NCBI GenBank assembly: GCA_963755595.1
Contig: CAVWKP010000024.1
Span: forward strand, 87,525-151,524
DNA: 64,000 nt
Reading direction: 5' to 3'
Origin: an uncultured Alphaproteobacteria bacterium
GTDB taxonomy: Bacteria; Pseudomonadota; Alphaproteobacteria; Reyranellales; Reyranellaceae
Made by a program: the position numbers and the translations under genes. The notes under the pieces were generated by a model. The model worked only from the letters and a program-made list of their open reading frames with translations. It had not been told where the DNA came from and did not search any database. This document shows, piece by piece, positions 20,094-32,750 of this stretch (its first letter is position 1; every line of letters begins with the position of its first letter).

Positions 20094-21233
20094 TCACCCC
20101 ATCAAAAGCCTGCGCGCGATGATCACGCGCATGATCTCGTTGGTGCCTTCGAGGATCTGGTGCACGCGCAGGTCGCGCAAATAGCGCTCGATGGGGAAGT
20201 CCTTCAAGTAGCCGTAGCCGCCATGCAGTTGCAGCGCGTCGTTGACGACGCGGAAGCCGACATCGGTGGCGAAGCGCTTGCCCATGGCGGCGGCCTGCGT
20301 CGCCTCGGGCGACTTGGCATCGAGCAGCGAGGCTGCGCGCCAGATCATCAGCCGCGCCGCGTCGAGTTCGGTCGCCATGTCGGCGAGCTTGAACTGCGTC
20401 GCCTGGAAGTCGGCGATCGGCTGGCCGAACTGCTTGCGCTCCACGACATAGCGCGAGGCCGTCTCCAGGCAGGCGCGCGCGCCGCCCAGCGAGCAGGCGC
20501 CGATATTGATGCGCCCGCCATCGAGCCCCATCATCGCAATCTTGAAGCCGTGGCCCTCTGGGCCGAGCCGGTTGGCGACCGGCACCTTGCAATTCTCGAA
20601 GATCACCGCCGCGGTCGGCTGGCTGTTCCAGCCGAGCTTCTGCTCCTGCTTGCCGAACGACAGGCCTGGCGTTCCAGCCTCGACCACGAGCGTCGAGATA
20701 CCGCCCGCCCCCGGCCCGCCGGTGCGCAGCATCACGACATAGATCTCGCTCCTGCCGCCGCCCGAAATGAAGGCCTTGGTGCCGTTCACTATGTAGTGGT
20801 CGCCGTGCAACTCGGCGCGCGTGCCCAGCGCCGCTGCGTCGGAGCCCGCGCCCGGTTCGGTGAGGCAGTAGCTGGCGAAATGCTCCATCGAGCAGAGCTT
20901 GGGCAGGAAGCGCTTGCGCTGTTGATCGTCGCCGAAGCCATCGATCATCCAGGCGGCCATGTTATGGATCGAGATATAGGCCGCCGTGCTCGGACAGGCG
21001 GCAGCCAGCTCTTCCATGATCAGGGCCGCGTCGAAACGCGACAGAGCGCTGCCGCCGACGTCGTCGTTCACGTAGATGCCGCCAAACCCCAGGGCCGCCG
21101 CTTCGCGCAGGGTCTCGGCTGGAAAGATCTTCTCGACGTCCCACTTGGCGGCGTGCGGCAGCATCTTGTCGGTCGCGAACTGCCGCGCGGTGTCGCGAAA
21201 GGCCTGCTGGTCCTCGGAAAGCGTGAAGTCCAT
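20094..21233 (-). CDS. Isobutyryl-CoA dehydrogenase (acyl-CoA dehydrogenase)
   Basis: AYISIHNM, SYCLTEPGAGSDA, KLGWNSQPT and RVHQILEGTNEIMR. Confidence 0.85.
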   Translation of the reverse strand: MDFTLSEDQQAFRDTARQFATDKMLPHAAKWDVEKIFPAETLREAAALGFGGIYVNDDVGGSALSRFDAALIMEELAAACPSTAAYISIHNMAAWMIDGFGDDQQRKRFLPKLCSMEHFASYCLTEPGAGSDAAALGTRAELHGDHYIVNGTKAFISGGGRSEIYVVMLRTGGPGAGGISTLVVEAGTPGLSFGKQEQKLGWNSQPTAAVIFENCKVPVANRLGPEGHGFKIAMMGLDGGRINIGACSLGGARACLETASRYVVERKQFGQPIADFQATQFKLADMATELDAARLMIWRAASLLDAKSPEATQAAAMGKRFATDVGFRVVNDALQLHGGYGYLKDFPIERYLRDLRVHQILEGTNEIMRVIIARRLLMG

Positions 21234-21269
21234 ACGGGTGCGATCATAGCCGGGTGCTATGCTGGCGCA

Positions 21270-21701
21270 ATGCAATGGCGCGACATGACCGCGACGGAGC
21301 TCGCCACGCGGCCCGAGGCGAAGCTTGGCGGCGCGCTGTTGGTCATCGACATCGTCGCTGTGCTGCTCTGCGCCCTGGTGCTGGTCGGCGTCATCGTGGC
21401 GTTGAATGAAATCCGCGCCATCGGCATCCGCTATGGAATCGCCGTTGCCTTCATCACCCTCTGGGCGGGGGCCTTCGTCATCATGACCTGGCTTCGGCTG
21501 CCGTCCACGCCCGTGCTGGCAAGCGCCGGCCTCATCGTCTGGATCCTCTATCGCCTCGCTGTTTCAGTGGCCGGCGGGTACGGCTGGCCGCTCGCCGTCG
21601 ACCTGGTGGCAGAACTCGCCATGGCTGCTTCCTTCTGCGGCTATATGGCCGCCGGCGTGCGGCCGAACGCCTATTATCGCCGTCGCCTTCCCGTATCCTG
21701 A
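21270..21701 (+). CDS. Hypothetical membrane protein
   Basis: About four hydrophobic helices, ending RPNAYYRRR. Confidence 0.6.
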   Translation: MQWRDMTATELATRPEAKLGGALLVIDIVAVLLCALVLVGVIVALNEIRAIGIRYGIAVAFITLWAGAFVIMTWLRLPSTPVLASAGLIVWILYRLAVSVAGGYGWPLAVDLVAELAMAASFCGYMAAGVRPNAYYRRRLPVS

Positions 21702-21711
21702 GCGGCTATAA

Positions 21712-23224
<1,513 letters not shown>

Positions 23225-23228
<4 letters not shown>

Positions 23229-23368
23229 CGGCCGTCGCGGCGTTCCTTCTCACGCTTGCGCTCCTCTTGGTCGGCCGCGGCGCCGCGATAGGCGCGCCAG
23301 GCCAGCACGAGAGCTGCCAGCGAGCAGAGGACACCGGCAATCATCGTCACAGGATCAAGGTCGGCCAT
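23225..23368 (-). CDS. Small membrane-anchored hypothetical protein
   Basis: One hydrophobic helix plus a charged tail; overlaps both neighbours. Confidence 0.45.
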
Positions 23369-24337
23369 GTTCGAAGAACCTCGCGACTGCCAGGTCGCTC
23401 CAGGGGCGTTGGTCGGTGGTGCCGTGGAAGCCGACGTGCCCGCCACGTGACGGCAGCAACGGTATCAGCGACTTGTTCGACCGCCAATCATAGCCGCTAT
23501 AGAGCGCACCGGGAATCCACGGATCATCAAGAGAAGCCAGCACGAGCGTCGGCACGCGGATGGCGGCCATGAAGCCGATCGGCTTGCAGCGCTCGTAGTA
23601 GTCGTCGGCGCCGGCAAAGCCGTGGCGCGGGGCGATGAAACGGTCGTCGTATTCCCGGATCGTGCCCGAGCCCAGGATGGCAGCGCGCTCGGCCGCCGAC
23701 AGCGCCGCGCCCTGCCCGGTCGCTTCGCGTTTCATCTGCCGGAGCAGGTAGCCGTGATAGAGCCTGTTGCGCGGCCGCATCATGCAATGGCACGTCGCCG
23801 CCAGATCGATCGGCGCCGAGACGGTGGCGGCAGCGGCGAGCGGCGCGCGCGAACCTTCTTCGCCGAGATATTTCAGCAGCATCGCGGCGCCCAGCGAAAA
23901 ACCGACCGCCACGATCCCGTCGCGCGTGATTTCCGACGGCAGCACCTCAAGCAGAGCGCGAAAGTCCTGGCTGCGACCGGCGTAATAGTGACCGCCGCAG
24001 ACGGCCGCGACGGGCCCGCGCCGCGCAGGTTCAGACGCAGCACCGGGTGCCCTCGATCCAGCAGGTGCCGAGCCATGCTGAGCACGTAGGCGCTGTCCTC
24101 GGCGCCGGTCAGGCCGTGGATGACAATGGCGAGCGGTCGTCCCGCCTTGGATGCCGCCGGACGGTCGAGCATGGCGAGCAGCGTATCGCCGGTGCCGTCG
24201 CGCAAGGCAAAGGACCGGCGCTCGCTGGTATGGGGCACAAGGTCCCCGCGCAGCGAGCGAAAACGATTGGCCAGGGTCTGGAGGTCGCCGCCCCACCAGG
24301 GAAAGCGCGGCTTGAAGGGCGGCAGCTCGAGGCTCAC
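23355..24337 (-). CDS. YheT-like alpha/beta hydrolase (frameshift ~24000)
   Basis: HGLTG, GFSLG nucleophile elbow, DDPWI and GGHVGF. Confidence 0.8.
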
Positions 24338-25341
24338 GCCTCTATACTAGTCACTCGTTCCAGGAATTTCTCTATGGCGAGGTTGCACCACGGCCGGCCG
24401 CTGGCGTCGCCATGGAAGCCGACATGGCCGCCGGTCTCCGGCATCACCGGCAGGAGCCAAGGGTTGTCGGACCACTTGAAGTCGCGATAGTGCTCGATCG
24501 GAATCCAGGGATCATCGCACGCCGCCAGCACCATGGTCGACACACGGATCTCGGGCATGAACTGCTTGGGCGCGCAGAGCGAGTAGTAATCCTCCGCGCC
24601 GCGAAAGCCGTAGCGTGGCGAGATGAAGCGGTCGTCGTAGTCGAACACCGAGCGCGCCGAGCGCACGATCTCGCGCTCCTCTTCCGAAAGGCGGGCTCCC
24701 TCCGCCAGCGTCTCCGTCTTCAGGCCGTTCAGGATGTAGCTGTGATAGAGCCAGTTGCGCGGCCGCAGCATGTGATGGCCGGTCTGCAGCAGGTCGATCG
24801 GCGCGCAAATTGAGGCGGCCGCGCGCAAGGGCGAGAAGTTGCCCTCCTCGCCGAGATATTTCAGCAGCATCGTGCCGCCCAGCGAGTAACCGATCGCGAC
24901 GATGCCGTTCTGCTTCAGGTCGTCGGGAATCTGCTGCAGCACGCGGCGAAAGTCGGCGGTGCGGCCGACATGATAGTGCTCGCCGCAATAGCGCCGCGAG
25001 GGGCCTGCGCCACGAACGTTGAGGCGCAGCACCGTGTAGCCGCGATACAGCAAATGACGCGCCGCACTCAGGATATAGACGCTGTCCTCGCAGCCGGTAG
25101 CACCGTGAATGAGGATCACCAGCGGCCGCGTGTCGTCGGGCCACTGGGGCGTGTCGAGCGAGCCGAGCAGGATGTCGCCGCTCCGATCGGCCATCGGAAA
25201 GCACACGCGCTCGCTGGTGTTCGGCGACAGGTCGGACATCGCCGGCTGCCACAGGAGCGCGAGGGTCTGCAGATCGGGCCCCCACCAGGGGAAGCGCGGC
25301 CGAAAGGGCGGCAGGTCGAGGGAATCGATGGACGGGGGCAC
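24334..25341 (-). CDS. YheT-like alpha/beta hydrolase (tandem paralog)
   Basis: HGATG, GYSLG, DDPWI and GGHVGFHG. Confidence 0.85.
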   Translation of the reverse strand: MPPSIDSLDLPPFRPRFPWWGPDLQTLALLWQPAMSDLSPNTSERVCFPMADRSGDILLGSLDTPQWPDDTRPLVILIHGATGCEDSVYILSAARHLLYRGYTVLRLNVRGAGPSRRYCGEHYHVGRTADFRRVLQQIPDDLKQNGIVAIGYSLGGTMLLKYLGEEGNFSPLRAAASICAPIDLLQTGHHMLRPRNWLYHSYILNGLKTETLAEGARLSEEEREIVRSARSVFDYDDRFISPRYGFRGAEDYYSLCAPKQFMPEIRVSTMVLAACDDPWIPIEHYRDFKWSDNPWLLPVMPETGGHVGFHGDASGRPWCNLAIEKFLERVTSIEA

Positions 25342-25371
25342 GACTAATCCGTATTCACGCTTTGGTAGGAA

Positions 25372-26248
25372 ATGAAAACGCCGGACTACCAGCAGAGTTC
25401 CACGGCGCTCGGTGTCATATGCGCCCTCGGCGCCGCAACCGTCTTCAGCACCGGCGGCGTCATCGTCCGACGCATCGATCTTCCCGCATGGGACGTGTCA
25501 TTTTGGCGTTCCGTGCTGCTTGTTGCCACGATTTTGCCTCTGCTCGCCTGGCAGCGCCGCGCCGTCTGGATCGACGTCCGCAATGCCGGGCGATCGCTGC
25601 TGGCGAGCGCGCTCGCGCTGGCGGGCAGCATGGTGGCGTTCATCCTCGCCCTCGGCCATGCGCCCGTCGCCAATGTGCTGATCGTATTCGGGGCCACGCC
25701 CTTCATCACCGCCCTGCTCGCGCGCCTGTTTCTCGGCGAGCCGCTGCATCGCCACACCTCTGGTGGCGATGGCGGTCGCAGTCATCGGGCTTGCCATTTC
25801 CGTCGCCAGCTCGCTCAAGGCCGGTGCCCTGCTCGGCATGGCGATCGCGGGCATCGTCGTGCTCTGCATGAGTTCGAACTATGTGATCGTGCGCCATCGT
25901 CGCGATGTCGGCATGGCGCCGGCCCTGCTGCTGGCCGGCATGATCTCGGCCATCGCCGCCCTGCCCTTCGCGCGGCCGGGCGACGTCGGCGTGCCGCAGA
26001 TGGGCTGGCTGCTGGCGCTGGGGCCGGGCCAGCTGGCCGGCGGCCTGCTGCTTTACATGGCAAGCCTCAAGCGCATTCCGGCCGGGCGCGCCGCCCTGCT
26101 CGGGCTGCTCGAGCTGGTGCTGGGACCGATCTGGGTGTGGGCGATCGACGGCGAAAAGCCGGGCGACCTCACGCTTTTGGGCGGCGCCATCGTCATCGGT
26201 TCCGCAGCGGCAAATGTGTGGCTGGATTCGCGCCGGCCCACTGGTTAA
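25372..26248 (+). CDS. DMT/EamA family transporter (frameshift ~25760)
   Basis: Two hydrophobic halves; LFLGE and LELVLGPIWVW..GE motifs. Confidence 0.8.
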
Positions 26249-26258
26249 GAACCCCGCC

Positions 26259-27416
26259 ATGACCCAGAACACCAAAGGCCCCCTGTCGGGCGTCACCGTC
26301 GTCGACCTGTCGCGCATCCTCGCCGGCCCCTATTGCACGCTCTTGATGGCCGAGATGGGCGCCCGGGTGATCAAGGTCGAAGCACCCAAGGGCGGCGACG
26401 ACGCGCGGGCCTACGGACCGTTCGTCAAGGGCAAGTCGACCTACTTCGCCTCGGTCAACCGCGGCAAGCAGAGCATCGCGCTCGACCTCAAGGGCGAGGC
26501 GGACCGCGCGATCTTCGAGAAGCTGCTCGCCAAGGCCGATGTCATCGTCGAGAACTTCCGCCCCGGCACGATGGAGAAGCTGGGCTACGGCTGGGAGCAG
26601 CTCCACGCCAAGTACCCGCAGCTGATCTACGCCGCGGCCTCGGGCTTCGGCCATAGCGGCCCCAACTCGCGCGACCCCGCCTACGACATGGTGGTCCAGG
26701 GCATGGGCGGCGTCATGAGCATCACCGGTTCGGAGGGCGGCGAGCCGGTGCGCGTCGGCATGTCGATCGGCGACATCGGCGCCGGCCTCTACACCGCCGT
26801 CGCGGTGAACGCGGCCCTGGTCCATCGCCTGAAGACCGGCGAGGCCACCAAGGTCGATATCGGCATGTTCGACTGCCAGATCGCGCTCCTGGAAAACGCG
26901 GTCATGCGCTACACGGTCGAAGGCGAGGTCCCCGGCCCGCTCGGCGCGCGCCATCCGACCATCGTGCCGTTCCAGGCCTTCAAGACCGGCGACGGCGCCA
27001 TCATCATCTCGGCCGGCAACGACTCCCTGTTCGTCAAGATGTGCCACGCGCTCGGGCTGCCCGAGATGGCGAACGATCCCGACTACACGACCAATGCGCT
27101 GCGCCAGAAGCACCACCGCAAGCTCGAGGCCAAGCTCGAGGCACTTCTGAAAACCAAGCCGACATCGCATTGGCTCGCGGTGATGGCCAAGGCCGACATC
27201 CCGGCCGGCCCGATCAACAACGTCGCCCAGGCGCTCGCCCATCCGCAGGTGGCGGCGCGCAACATGCTGGTTTCCGTGCCCGACGGCAGCGGCGGCACGC
27301 TCAAGCTCGCCGGCAATCCCATCAAGATGTCGGCCTTCGACGATCCCGCGACCCGCCGGCCGGCGCCCGACCTCGACGCCGACCGAGCCGCCATCCTTTC
27401 TTATATCGGCGGCTAG
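26259..27416 (+). CDS. CaiB/BaiF family III CoA-transferase
   Basis: DLSRILAGPY, NRGKQSIALDLK, ENFRPG and PAYD. Confidence 0.9.
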   Translation: MTQNTKGPLSGVTVVDLSRILAGPYCTLLMAEMGARVIKVEAPKGGDDARAYGPFVKGKSTYFASVNRGKQSIALDLKGEADRAIFEKLLAKADVIVENFRPGTMEKLGYGWEQLHAKYPQLIYAAASGFGHSGPNSRDPAYDMVVQGMGGVMSITGSEGGEPVRVGMSIGDIGAGLYTAVAVNAALVHRLKTGEATKVDIGMFDCQIALLENAVMRYTVEGEVPGPLGARHPTIVPFQAFKTGDGAIIISAGNDSLFVKMCHALGLPEMANDPDYTTNALRQKHHRKLEAKLEALLKTKPTSHWLAVMAKADIPAGPINNVAQALAHPQVAARNMLVSVPDGSGGTLKLAGNPIKMSAFDDPATRRPAPDLDADRAAILSYIGG

Positions 27417-27419
27417 TCC

Positions 27420-29874
27420 GTGCGGGCGCCCCCCGCACAACTCGTCGTGCGCATCGGCGCCGGCCTGGCAAAGCTGCTGGCGGCTCTTGTGCTTGCGCTG
27501 GCGATCTTCCTCGCCGGCACCTATTTCCAGGTGCGCGGCGCGCTGCCGCCCTATAGCGGCCACTTCGAGGCCAAGGGGCTGAAGGCGCCGGTCGAGATCG
27601 TGCGCGACAAGAACTCCGTGCCGCACATCATCGCCGGTTCCATCGAGGATGCCGCCTTCGGCCTCGGCTTCGTGCACGCGCAGGACCGTTTCTGGCAGAT
27701 GGAGTTGCTGCGCCGGGCGGGCCAGGGGCGCCTGGCGGAGATCTTCCCGCCCCGCCTGCTTGGCCCGGGCATCGTCAATACCGACCGCACCATGCGCGGG
27801 CCTGGGCCTCTATCGCGCCGCGTCGGACAGCGTGGGCGCGCTGTCGCCGGGCACGCGCACGGTCCTCGAGTCCTATGCCGCCGGCGTGAATGCCTGGATC
27901 GGCGGCCGGGATCGGCAATACGGCCTCGAGCTCACGCTGATCAAGCTGCTCTCCGGCGGTCGCTACCGGCCGGAGCCGTGGCAGCCGGCCGATTCCATGG
28001 TGTGGGGCAAGCTGATGGCGCTCAGCCTCGACGGCAACTGGCGCTCCGAACTGCTGCGCCTGCGCCTGTTGCGCAAGGTCGGCGAGGACAACCTCAAGTT
28101 CCTGATCGCCCATCCCAGCGAAAGCCGCGACGCCACCCTGTCGCTCGCCAACCAGGTGCTGAACGGCCTCGATCTCGACCGGCTGTATCGCGATACCGAC
28201 AATGCGGCCACCCGGAAGCGCGAGGCTTCCAACGAATGGGTGCTGTCGGGCGCCCATTCGGTCTCAGGCAAGCCGCTGCTCGCCAACGATCCGCATCTCG
28301 ATTTTTCTTTTCCCGGCACCTGGTATCTCGCGCGCATGGTCGGGCCCGGCTTCGACATCAAGGGCGCCTCCTCGCCGGGCTCGCCGGGCATCGTGCTGGG
28401 CCACAACGCCTCGATCGGCTGGGGCTTCACCACGACCGGTCTCGACAGCCAGGACCTGTTCATCGAGCGCGTCGATCCGACCGATCCCAACCGCTACATC
28501 ACGCCCGACGGCGCGCGCCCCTTCGCCGTGCGCGACGAGACGATCAACGTCCTGTGGGGCGACCCGGTGCACCTCAGGGTGCGCAACACGCGCCATGGCG
28601 TGGTGATCGACGATTTCATCGCCAGTCCCGAGGATTACTCGCCGGCAGGCCACGTGCTGGCCCTGCAGGCCACCGCCCTCGATGGCGCGGATACCTCGCT
28701 CGAAGGCTTCATGCGCATCACGCTGGCGCAGAACTGGGACGATTTCCTGGGCGCCGCGCGCAAGATCGTCAGCCCGATGCAGAACATGGTCTATGCCGAC
28801 ACCAGCGGCAATGTCGGCCTGATCTCGCCGGCGCGCGTGCCGATCCGGCGCAAGGGCGACGGCTCGATGCCCTCGCCGGGCTGGACGGGAGAATACGACT
28901 GGGCGGGCTTCGTGCCGTTCGACGAGCTGCCCAAGACCTACAATCCGCCGGGCGGCATCATCGTCAATGCCAATGCGCGCCTGGTGCCCGAGGATTATCG
29001 CCACTTCATCACCCGCGATTGGGCGCCGGCCTATCGGCAGCTCCGCGCCAACCAGCTGCTGCGCGAGGTCGAGCGCCATCCGGTCTACGGCATGATCGCC
29101 ATCCAGGCCGACATCCTGACGCCCGACGCCGCCGACATCCTGCCTGTGCTGTTGAAGCCCGCGGCGCGCAACCCGCGGGCCGCGCGGGTGATCGACATGA
29201 TGGGCCGCTGGAACCGCTTCATGCTGGCCAACCGGCCCGAACCGCTGATCTACACGGCCTGGCTGTTCGAGCTGGAGCGTCGCCTGGTCGCTCCCAAAGT
29301 GGGCGACGCGCTGTACGACTATCTGGCCGCGCCCAATGTATCGCTGATGCTGCGTATCCTGAGCGAGCGGCCGCAATGGTGCGACGATCCCGCCACGCCG
29401 GCGCCGGAAAGCTGCGACGACGCCATCGCCGCCGCGCTCGAACGCGCCCTCGACGGCATCGCCCGCCGCCAGGGACCGGAGATCGAGACCTGGCAATGGG
29501 GCCGCGAGCATGTCGCCGCGTTTCGCCATCCCCTGTTCGACCGCCTGCCGCTGTTGCGCAACCTCGCGTCGGTGCGTTTCCCGGCCGATGGCGGCGGCCA
29601 GACGCTCAATCGCGCCACGCCCGAATTCGGCGGCCCCGACCCGTTCGAGGCGGTCCATGGGGCGGGCTATCGCGCGGTCTATGATTTCAGCGACCTCGAC
29701 AACAGCCGCTTCGCCATACCGCTCGGCCAATCGGGCAACATGTTCTCGCCATGGGCGCGCAGCTTCGTCGACCGCTGGCAGAGCCTGCGCTACATCGAGA
29801 TCGCCGGCACCCAGCGCGAGATCGCCCGCGGCGCCGTCGGGACCGTGACGCTGGCGCCGCCGGCGGGGCGCTAA
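27420..29874 (+). CDS. Penicillin acylase family Ntn-hydrolase (frameshift ~27800)
   Basis: VPHI, HAQDRFWQM, ASNEW (Ntn Ser), LLANDPHL and GQSGN. Confidence 0.85.
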
Positions 29875-29908
29875 CAACACCGCCACGCGCCTGCGTGTGG
29901 CGGTGTTG
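29875..29908. repeat. 34-bp palindrome R1
   Basis: CAACACCGCCAC-GCGCCTGCGT-GTGGCGGTGTTG. Confidence 0.9.
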
Positions 29909-30072
29909 TCGTTCGGTCCGCGCACCCGAAGCCGGGCAAAGCGATTAGAGCGGCAGCGCTGGCCAATGTCATTGCAAGTTTATGACGGTTCCAACACAGC
30001 GAAAGGCTACCCAGGGGGCCAGTGGCCGCCCAGGGGTGAGGCCCGGGTTCTCTTCCCCGCCAACAGCACCAG

Positions 30073-30106
30073 CAACACCGCCACCATCTGCGGTGTGGCG
30101 GTGTTG
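30073..30106. repeat. 34-bp palindrome R2
   Basis: CAACACCGCCAC-CATCTGCGGT-GTGGCGGTGTTG. Confidence 0.9.
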
Positions 30107-30194
30107 TTGTTCGCTGGCGTGGGACCGGCGACCGCGCTCAGGTCAGGGGATCGCCGGTCGAGGATCGGATCCTTGAGCCTTGACGCGTCGCCGG

Positions 30195-30377
30195 CTAGCC
30201 GCGGACGTACGGAGGCGGCGGCGGCGGGGGCTGAGTGGCAACCGTCTGCGGCGCCGGCGGCGGGGGCTGCTGCGAGGAGCATCCCGCCGCGAGCAGCACC
30301 GCTGGAATCACGACTGCAACCAGCGCGGCACTCCGCAAATGCCTGAGGCGGGCCATTTTTTGGGCAACGTCGGACAT
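30195..30377 (-). CDS. Small proline-rich lipoprotein
   Basis: GGAGG RBS; lipobox LAAGC followed by SSQQPPPPAP...PPPPPPPYVRG. Confidence 0.65.
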   Translation of the reverse strand: MSDVAQKMARLRHLRSAALVAVVIPAVLLAAGCSSQQPPPPAPQTVATQPPPPPPPYVRG

Positions 30378-30667
30378 CCGATTCCTCCATAGCTGAGGGA
30401 CTGAAACACAACGCAACAACCGAAAGTGATCGAAGCAAACGTCGCAGGGAACCTTCCGGTTCCCACCCCGTAGCCAACATTATCGAGCTCTGGTCGCCGC
30501 CAGCCTCCCCGGCTGGGTTCGCGACGGCGGGCACGCCGAGGTCGACCAATGAAAACCTTGCTTTTGCCGCCGCGTGAAGCAAGCTCTCGGAACCGCGAAC
30601 GCCTGCCGCCATTATCTACCGGCGGCAGCGCAGGTCGCGGCGGAATCGCGCTGTCGGTGAGGCTACC

Positions 30668-32094
30668 TTGTTCCCATCCTGCAGCTTCTCGACGAGAAAC
30701 CTTCTGGCACGCGTCGGCCCGATTGCAGCCGCCGCGATTGCGCTCGCAGCCTGTAGCCCTGCCGAGCCGACAGTTCCCTCGGCGGACCAGGAGCCGGCAG
30801 CAGCCCTCGTGTCGGCCCCGTCCGCCCCGATGGCCGCGTCTGCCAACACCAAGATCGGCGAACTGATCGAGAGCGGGCCCAAGTCAGCCGTCGCGGGTGA
30901 ACGGCTGAACGTCGAACTGCTGCGACGCTTCTACGCCCGCCATGGTTTTGAACCCGTCTGGACGACCCGGCAGGCGCAAGCGAAGTCGCTGATGGATGCC
31001 GTGTTGCGCGCCGGCGATCACGGCCTCGCCCCTGAACGGTTTCACGCAGATTTGCTGCGCTCGCCGGCAACGTTGCCGACGCTCGACCGGGAACTGCTGC
31101 TGTCGGACGCCTTCCTGTCCTATGCCGACGCGCTGGCGCGCGGGGCCATGCCGATCGAGCGCCGACGAGATGACGAGATTTTGACGCCTGAGCCGATCGA
31201 TGTCGCCGCCGCGCTCGACGCCGCGATCGGCAGCCCCGATCCCGCGGCGGCGATCGAAGCGCTGGCACCGACGACGCCGACCTACCGGCTGCTGCGCCAG
31301 GCGTTGCAGAATTTTCACGCGGGCTTCCTGGTCGGCGGCAATGCCGCGACGACCCGCTTGCGCGAGATCGAGGTAAACCTCGAGCGCGAACGCTGGCTGC
31401 CGCGGCGGCTGCCGGCGGACCGCGTCTGGGTCAACGTTGCCGACGAGCGGGTACTGCTGTACCGCGACGATCAGGTGGTTTTCTCCTCGCGGGTCATTGT
31501 CGGCCAGGACGAGATCCGCAATCAGAGCCCGGAGTTCCAGGCCTCGATCGAGCGAATTTCGTTCAACCCGCCCTGGAACATCCCGGATTACATTGCCACC
31601 GAAGAGATCCTGCCGAAGACCAAGCAAGACCCGAATTACCTGGCGCGGCACGGCATGGTCATGCTGCCCAATGGCGTGCTGCAGCAGCTGGCGGGAGCCA
31701 CCTCAGGGCTCGGACAATTTCTGTTCGAGATGAACAACCGGTTCGACGTTTACCTGCACGATACCCCGTCGAAAAACCTGTTCAGCCGCGACGGCCGGCG
31801 CATCAGTCATGGATGCATCCGGGTGGAGAATGCAGAGCAGTTGGCCGCCCTGCTGATGCAGCAACCGCTCGATGCGATCAAACAAACGATCGCGACCGGC
31901 GAGACCACCCGTCCCGCTCTGCCCAAGCCCGTGCCGGTATTCGTGGTGTACGAGACCGCGTTCGCGGAGTTCGATGGCAGGTTGCAGTTTCGCGCGGATG
32001 TTTACGGACGCGATGCCGAGATCTGGCAGTACCTGGATCCGAAGGGGCGATGCGACGGGCGGAACGCGAGGCGCCCGGCCAACGCAGGCGCTGA
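30668..32094 (+). CDS. L,D-transpeptidase (YcbB/LdtD-like) lipoprotein
   Basis: Lipobox LAAC, VNLERERWLP, FNPPWNIP and YLHDTP...SHGCIRV. The true stop is probably 32094; the ORF-track extension to 32245 likely reflects an indel. Confidence 0.85.
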
Positions 32095-32153
32095 CCTCGA
32101 CACTGCAGGAGCCGACCGGGCACAAGAACCCGATTTGACCAGGCGCGCGCCGG

Positions 32154-32305
32154 CTAGGGATGACGCAGCCGCCACCGCAGGGCTTCGAGTTCCTCCCCCA
32201 TCGGCCGGCTGCCGGTTCCAGCGTGATGAACTTCACCAAGAATGATCGGCTGTGTGTTTCACCCTGGCGAGCGGACGTTTCCTGCTGGCGGGCGATGGCG
32301 ACTTG
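32154..32305 (-). pseudogene. Decayed duplicate of the helicase C-terminal extension
   Basis: AIARQQET...MGEELEALRWRLRHP* versus AIAHQQET...MGEELEALQWRLRRSDQ* at 32751-32920; the two parts are out of frame. Confidence 0.7.
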
Positions 32306-32374
32306 ATCCACCTCAAACCACCCGGCAGCGCGGCGGCGTAAGAGTGCGGGCAGCCAGCCGAGAGGGCGCAAGTC

Positions 32375-32704
32375 ATGAAATCCATCACCGACAGGGCCGA
32401 GGTCTCGGTCGACTTCCCGGACAAGACCTACATGGGCGCCTTCGGCAGGGAGTCGTCGTTCGACGTGAAGGTGGAGGCCGATGAGGTCCTGCTGCGCATC
32501 GTTCGTTCAGGTGCGGAGCGGCGCGAGATCGCGGTTCACCTGCACTACTACCTGCTGGCCGACATCCTCAAGGAACTGGGCCAGGGGCTTGCCAAGGAGG
32601 GCGACCTCGACGAGGCGCATCTCGAGGCCTTGCGTGACGGCGCCAGGGCGCTGACGCAATCGCTGTCGAGCAAGCCCTCGAAACGCAGCACGGCCAAGCG
32701 CTAG
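32375..32704 (+). CDS. Hypothetical protein (109 aa)
   Basis: Host-like codon usage; SVDFPDKTYMG...HLHYYLLADIL; the stop lies 7 bp before R3. Confidence 0.7.
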   Translation: MKSITDRAEVSVDFPDKTYMGAFGRESSFDVKVEADEVLLRIVRSGAERREIAVHLHYYLLADILKELGQGLAKEGDLDEAHLEALRDGARALTQSLSSKPSKRSTAKR

Positions 32705-32711
32705 CCGGCTG

Positions 32712-32746
32712 CAACACCGCCACTCCCCGGCATGGTGGCGGTGTCG
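32712..32746. repeat. Palindrome R3 (11-nt spacer, one arm mismatch)
   Basis: CAACACCGCCAC-TCCCCGGCATG-GTGGCGGTGTCG. Confidence 0.85.
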
Positions 32747-32750
32747 ATCC

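Noticed and set aside
29909-30072. Possible small ORF or ncRNA between R1 and R2
   Set aside because: No convincing RBS/ORF or recognisable RNA structure; left unannotated.
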